DNA of 64,000 bases from Mytilus californianus. Its lineage: Eukaryota. A program made the translations under genes and the position numbers. The stretch's first letter is position 1; each line of letters starts with the position of its first letter. This document shows, piece by piece, positions 60,079-64,000 of this stretch. The stretch lies in assembly GCF_021869535.1 (NCBI RefSeq), contig NW_026262679.1:20956001-21020000 (forward strand), given 5' to 3'. The notes beneath the pieces were generated by a model, which made no database searches, had not been told where the DNA came from, and saw nothing but the letters and a program-made list of their open reading frames with translations.

Positions 60079-60845
60079 AACGAAATTAGACTTCAATACA
60101 AAAGAAACGTGCGACAATGGTCACTGCCCAAACCTCGATAATTAAATCTCGTGCAAACTTTCTTTATATACTGACCGCCAAAACCGGTTTACAACTATTG
60201 TGAAAACACAATAGAATAAATTACATACTTCAAAAATCATACGCGAACCGCACATAAATATATAGATTAGCAATCTGCCGTAGATCTGGAACCCACCATA
60301 GATTTGAGTCCAACATATATAAAAAAAAAGAGTACTCTGTTCCACTGTTTTAATACCTGGTAATTCCAGAAACACGTATTGTGCACATTAGAATTAGCAC
60401 CAAACGTTCAAGGACGTTTCGTGACACTTGCTATACTAGTTATCACTTTCTAAACGCACGACGGGTGCTACTCGTATAGCAGGAGATGTTCAAATTGTCG
60501 AGGCATATAATGATTTCCTTCCATTTTGAGTTTTATTCAATTAAGGTTATTTTTACTCTCATGGTTTCCGTTTATTTCTGGACTTTCGTTGTTTGAAGCG
60601 AAATTGGTATACTGCGTTCATATCTAAACGCTTCATTTGTTTTCATCTACTGTCACTGATCGTTACTGCTAGTGGACTGATACTTCAGACAGTATCATCA
60701 GCCAATAGTCATATCTTTAGCATTTATTTATTTACATGCATTTTGAGCAATGATCAGTAAGAATATGTTACTTTTTGTACGAGAACAAACTTAACGTTAC
60801 AAATTCTTCGAGTAAATCTGACTTTCCAAACGTTTGGTCTTGGTA

Positions 60846-60883
60846 GCACCTGATGAAGGTTATACCAGAAACACGTGTTGTGT
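60846..60883 (+). ncRNA. Minimal hammerhead with an intact core (family-2 variant)
   Basis: GCAC-CTGATGA-AGGTTATACCA-GAAA-CACGTG-TT^GTGT; palindromic stem III; GUU site. Confidence 0.7.
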
Positions 60884-61091
60884 GATCAGATATCATACCA
60901 TACATTTTGCCTAATTTGTTAGGGTACGTTCTTTTTGTTGCCCTTATAATTTGTATTTTTTGTATTGTATTATATAGGGAATGGGCGAATACTAATTCCC
61001 AAAAGTGAATAAAAATAGTAAAGTCTAAGTATTTAAAGTTTGAAATCTTCATTTAAAGTTCACAACAATAATACATATAAAGGATAACGGG

Positions 61092-61285
61092 AGTACAAAA
61101 AAAATGTATTTTGAACAGTACAACAGACCGCATCAATTATCAACATAATACTCTTCCGTAAAATTTTTATAGAACAGTACAACATGCAGACCGCATCAAT
61201 CAACAACATCCGATTCTTCCGAAAATATATATTGAACAGTACAACAGACCGTATCAATCACCAACATCCGACTCTTCCGAAAAAT
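61092..61285. repeat. ~60-bp tandem repeat, three copies
   Basis: GAACAGTACAACAGACCG.ATCAAT..CAACA...CTCTTCCG.AAA units. Confidence 0.75.
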
Positions 61286-61824
61286 AGCCATTTAACAAAT
61301 ACAGACAACGACAAACAGTTACTGTACATTGTTGGGGTAGCATTATTTGGTAGAGGCGGAGCATGAATATGCATAAAATGACCACAAGTCGTAAAAGTAG
61401 AATACAATAAAAAAAACCTGTACAGGTAAGCTACCACCAGGATAAACTGTCACTTGAAGAAGGAAATAAAAGACATAAGGCACATAATTTGGAAATCAGG
61501 GTTAATATGGGCTCGATCGCTACTACAGAAAACAACAGCATTTGGTTGAATACTGCCACGCAATAAATGTTAATTAAAAACAAATAAACCCCTAACTGGT
61601 TTCATGAAGTTTCATAATGAAATTTGATTAAGCCGGCAATATTTGCGAGGGCCAAGTAAGTAAAATCGTCAGACCGCTCGAAGAAATAACTATAATTAGA
61701 TAGTACACCACGCATGTATCCCTTGTCGTTGAAGGATGTAAGAAGTTTCCCCGAGTTGGAATACATAATTTTTCAATGCTTTACTATTATTATCCATCAT
61801 TGGCTTGCAAATATTCTGCTTTGA

Positions 61825-61866
61825 GCGTTTCTGATGAAGGTTATTCCAGAAAAACGCTTAAGACGC
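61825..61866 (+). ncRNA. Minimal hammerhead with an intact core (family 2)
   Basis: GCGTTT-CTGATGA-AGGTTATTCCA-GAAA-AACGCT-TA^AGACGC; stem III palindrome imperfect. Confidence 0.7.
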
Positions 61867-61928
61867 ATTTCAAATTAGTGCTGTTTTCATTTTTTACACG
61901 CCATATAAGTATTTATACGAACCATTAC

Positions 61929-62970
61929 CTGGAGAGTTACAGTTTTTTGGTTTTCCTTTGAGACTTAAAACTAAGGATAAACAACCAACAAAGATTGCAA
62001 GGACGACAATAATTACACCAATAAGCCGAGCCCTTGGAATTACAGTGTTTCTGTTGTTGCTTTTATTTGTTCTTTCATTGTGTGGTTTACTAACACATTC
62101 TTCCCTCGGCATATCCTGGTGAGTATCATTATCTTGACTCGTAGGAACGAAATCTTTGTTTAAATTTTGTACCACATTTTGAACATTCTGACGCTCTGTA
62201 AATCCCCTTACATAAGAGTAATCTGGTTCGTTATTAACGCTGCTTTCTTCTGATATTTGTTTTCTGATTCCAGATTTTGCAGAATCTAAGCTATGTTTGT
62301 TTCCAGTATAAATGTGCAGTTGTTCATTATGATATTTCAGATTTTGTTGAGCGATATTTCTATATTTTTGCCCAGATGTTCCTGATTTGTTCTCATGATC
62401 TCTAGGGCATTCAACGCTGTCTTCCCTTTCAGCACTATTACGTCCAGTTTTTGTTGTTGAATCTAAAACAGTACTGTAGTCATATATATTGTGTTCTCCA
62501 AGTATATCATATTGATCTTTTGAGGATATGGATTTCTTTAGTTCTGTATATCCATTATTTGGATCTTTTGAGGATATGGATTTCCTTAGTTCTGAATATC
62601 CATTATTTTGATCTTTTGAGGATATGGATTTCCTTAGTTCTGTATATCCATTACTTTGATCTTCCAGTGTGTCATATCCAGCAATGTCATGTAAAGACGA
62701 CCTTATTCTCGTCAGATCTGTATAGCCAAAAACATCTTGTGTCCCTTCATCATTATATTCACTTCCCATTTCTTTGGACTGTGTCATCCGATTGGCAGTA
62801 TTCTGGTCCATTTGTTTTGTAGAATGTTCCAAGTCTTCGTCAGTATTCTGGTCCATTTGTTCCGTAGAATGTTCCAAGTTTTCGTCAGTATTCCGGTCCA
62901 TTGGTTCTGTGGAATGTCTTATATCTTCGTCAGCATTCGTTGTTGGTTCTCTATTTTGAACTTTGAACAA
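61929..62970 (-). CDS. Large exon of a probable type II membrane protein: repeat-rich tyrosine-motif region plus one TM helix
   Basis: Open frame of >340 codons; first ATG at 62901; 15-aa acidic repeats and 16-aa NGY(T/S)EL(R/K)KSISSKD repeats; TM LIGVIIVVLAIFVGCLSLVLSL (about 61961-62025); phase-1 donor CCAG|GTAATG after 61929. The 5' boundary is unresolved. Confidence 0.75.
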
Positions 62971-63699
62971 TTTTCAGATTTACTTCATTGTTGTTTACAA
63001 TACGACAGAGACAGTCAATTAAAGTAGAAACAATACATTGTAACTTCTACAGATGGACGGAAACATACGTAGGAACAATCAGCGGGATATGAGCATTTAA
63101 AAAGACAGTTTAATCGGATGTAGTTGTATATAAATAATGTCGGTCCTACAGAAACTGTCGCCAATACATATTGTACATATATGAGGCACATCAAATGAAG
63201 AAAGGATTATATAGATATATATGTTGTTAACGCATCATAAAGATGCTGCAATGAAAGACAAATTTGCATTTGTCTCGATAACTTTAAGTCACTTATTTAT
63301 TTCTAGAATGTTTACTGTTCCATCTTTCAAATTTTGTGAAATAAGACTTTTATAAATAAACGATTTGACCCGATTTTGATAAACATTCAAATTCAATGCT
63401 GTATAAAGTCAAACCTGTATTACTGACCACTTTTATATATAGTTGGTTGTAATATATGACCGTAAATTTCCCCATGTATTTTACTACATTAATAATCTGT
63501 TTATAGTATTTTATTATATTAATAATCTGTTTATAGTCACCATCTGTGTGGTAGAAAGTAGCTTTGGTTTTTCTCCCGAAACAATACCATCTATTAGTCT
63601 TGAGTGTTTGAAGTTTTATTCCAGTAGTTTATTCAAATCATTATCATTTTAATATCAGATGCCAAAAAATAAACTTCACAATGTGTGATTACCTGTTTT

Positions 63700-64000
63700 A
63701 TTTCCATTTATATTAGTCAGTTATTACCTTATTCCAACAACAAATGCACCGAAGACGACATCAGTAAAAGGCTTTCACATTTTGATCGACAACATATTTG
63801 TCGAGATTGGTGGATTGATATTTTAACAAGCAGTCGGTATTTTAATGGGCTTATTGTGCAACCTTTCTGTTTTTCTTCTGATAAGATCATAATTTATATA
63901 TAAAACCTTCTCAAAGACAAAAAAATAAAGCACCTCACCAAGTTCAGATATATCGACGCTGTCCGATAATCAACATGTAATCCAATTGAACTAGAAATTA
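63700..64000 (+). mobile_element. Second decayed Penelope-like RT fragment
   Basis: Similar to 35680-35960 (TTTTGATCGACAACATATTTG; TTTTAACAAGCAGTCGGTAT; AGATATATCGAC). Confidence 0.6.

Larger units (their letters stand above)
55285..60263 (-). mobile_element. Tyrosine-recombinase retrotransposon with split direct repeats (DIRS order, Ngaro/PAT-type)
   Basis: Order on the minus strand: A1 (60263-60083), gag, RT/RNase H, YR, B1 (56052-55876), A2 (55877-55697), 235-nt spacer, B2 (55461-55285). A1 = A2 over 181 nt; B1 and B2 differ at 1 of 177 nt. Confidence 0.93.
53792..60315. mobile_element. Non-autonomous TIR DNA element (~1.55 kb) with 68-bp TIRs; the right TIR is split by the YR retrotransposon
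   Basis: Left TIR 53792-53859; right TIR = 55271-55286 plus 60264-60315; internal CAAATCTATGGC subrepeats; TATATA on both flanks. Confidence 0.8.

Noticed and set aside
61418-61460. 35-nt mini-exon (VTVYPGGSLPVQ) after the TM exon
   Set aside because: Weak donor, and it ends in phase 0, which does not fit the phase-1 kringle exon; no independent support.
7500-63903. Most 60-110 aa ORFs in the supplied track
   Set aside because: They are antisense shadows of real ORFs, read-through of exons into introns, or low-complexity AT-rich frames without motifs.

Overview
AT-rich, intron-containing eukaryotic DNA. The repeat families resemble those I recall from a bivalve (Mytilus-like); this is recall, not a search result. 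All host genes are on the minus strand: (1) an intact 7-exon aquaglyceroporin (19092->10917, 300 aa); (2) its tandem paralogue (33333->21182), with intact exons 2-7, a frameshift plus nonsense codon in exon 1, and a young Gypsy element in intron 1; (3) an intronless 457-aa ORF with a CARD-like N-terminus, a helical/TPR-like middle and a C-terminal membrane anchor; (4) kringle-sushi-kringle exons (49399->45668); (5) a large exon (62970->61929) with tandem YxxL motifs and one transmembrane helix. Exons in (4) and (5) are splice-phase compatible and may form one type II receptor. Mobile DNA includes a decayed PNMA-gag Gypsy, a near-intact Gypsy, a tyrosine-recombinase retrotransposon with split direct repeats (Ngaro/PAT-type) inserted into the TIR of a non-autonomous DNA element, HINE/Helentron-like elements with internal tandem arrays, a tRNA-SINE, and L1/Tx1-like and Penelope-like RT relics. 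Not visible in the ORF track: about nine minimal hammerhead-ribozyme motifs, three of them in ~355-nt retrozyme-like units that also carry a conserved hammerhead-like motif on the opposite strand. All alignments and folds were done by eye.
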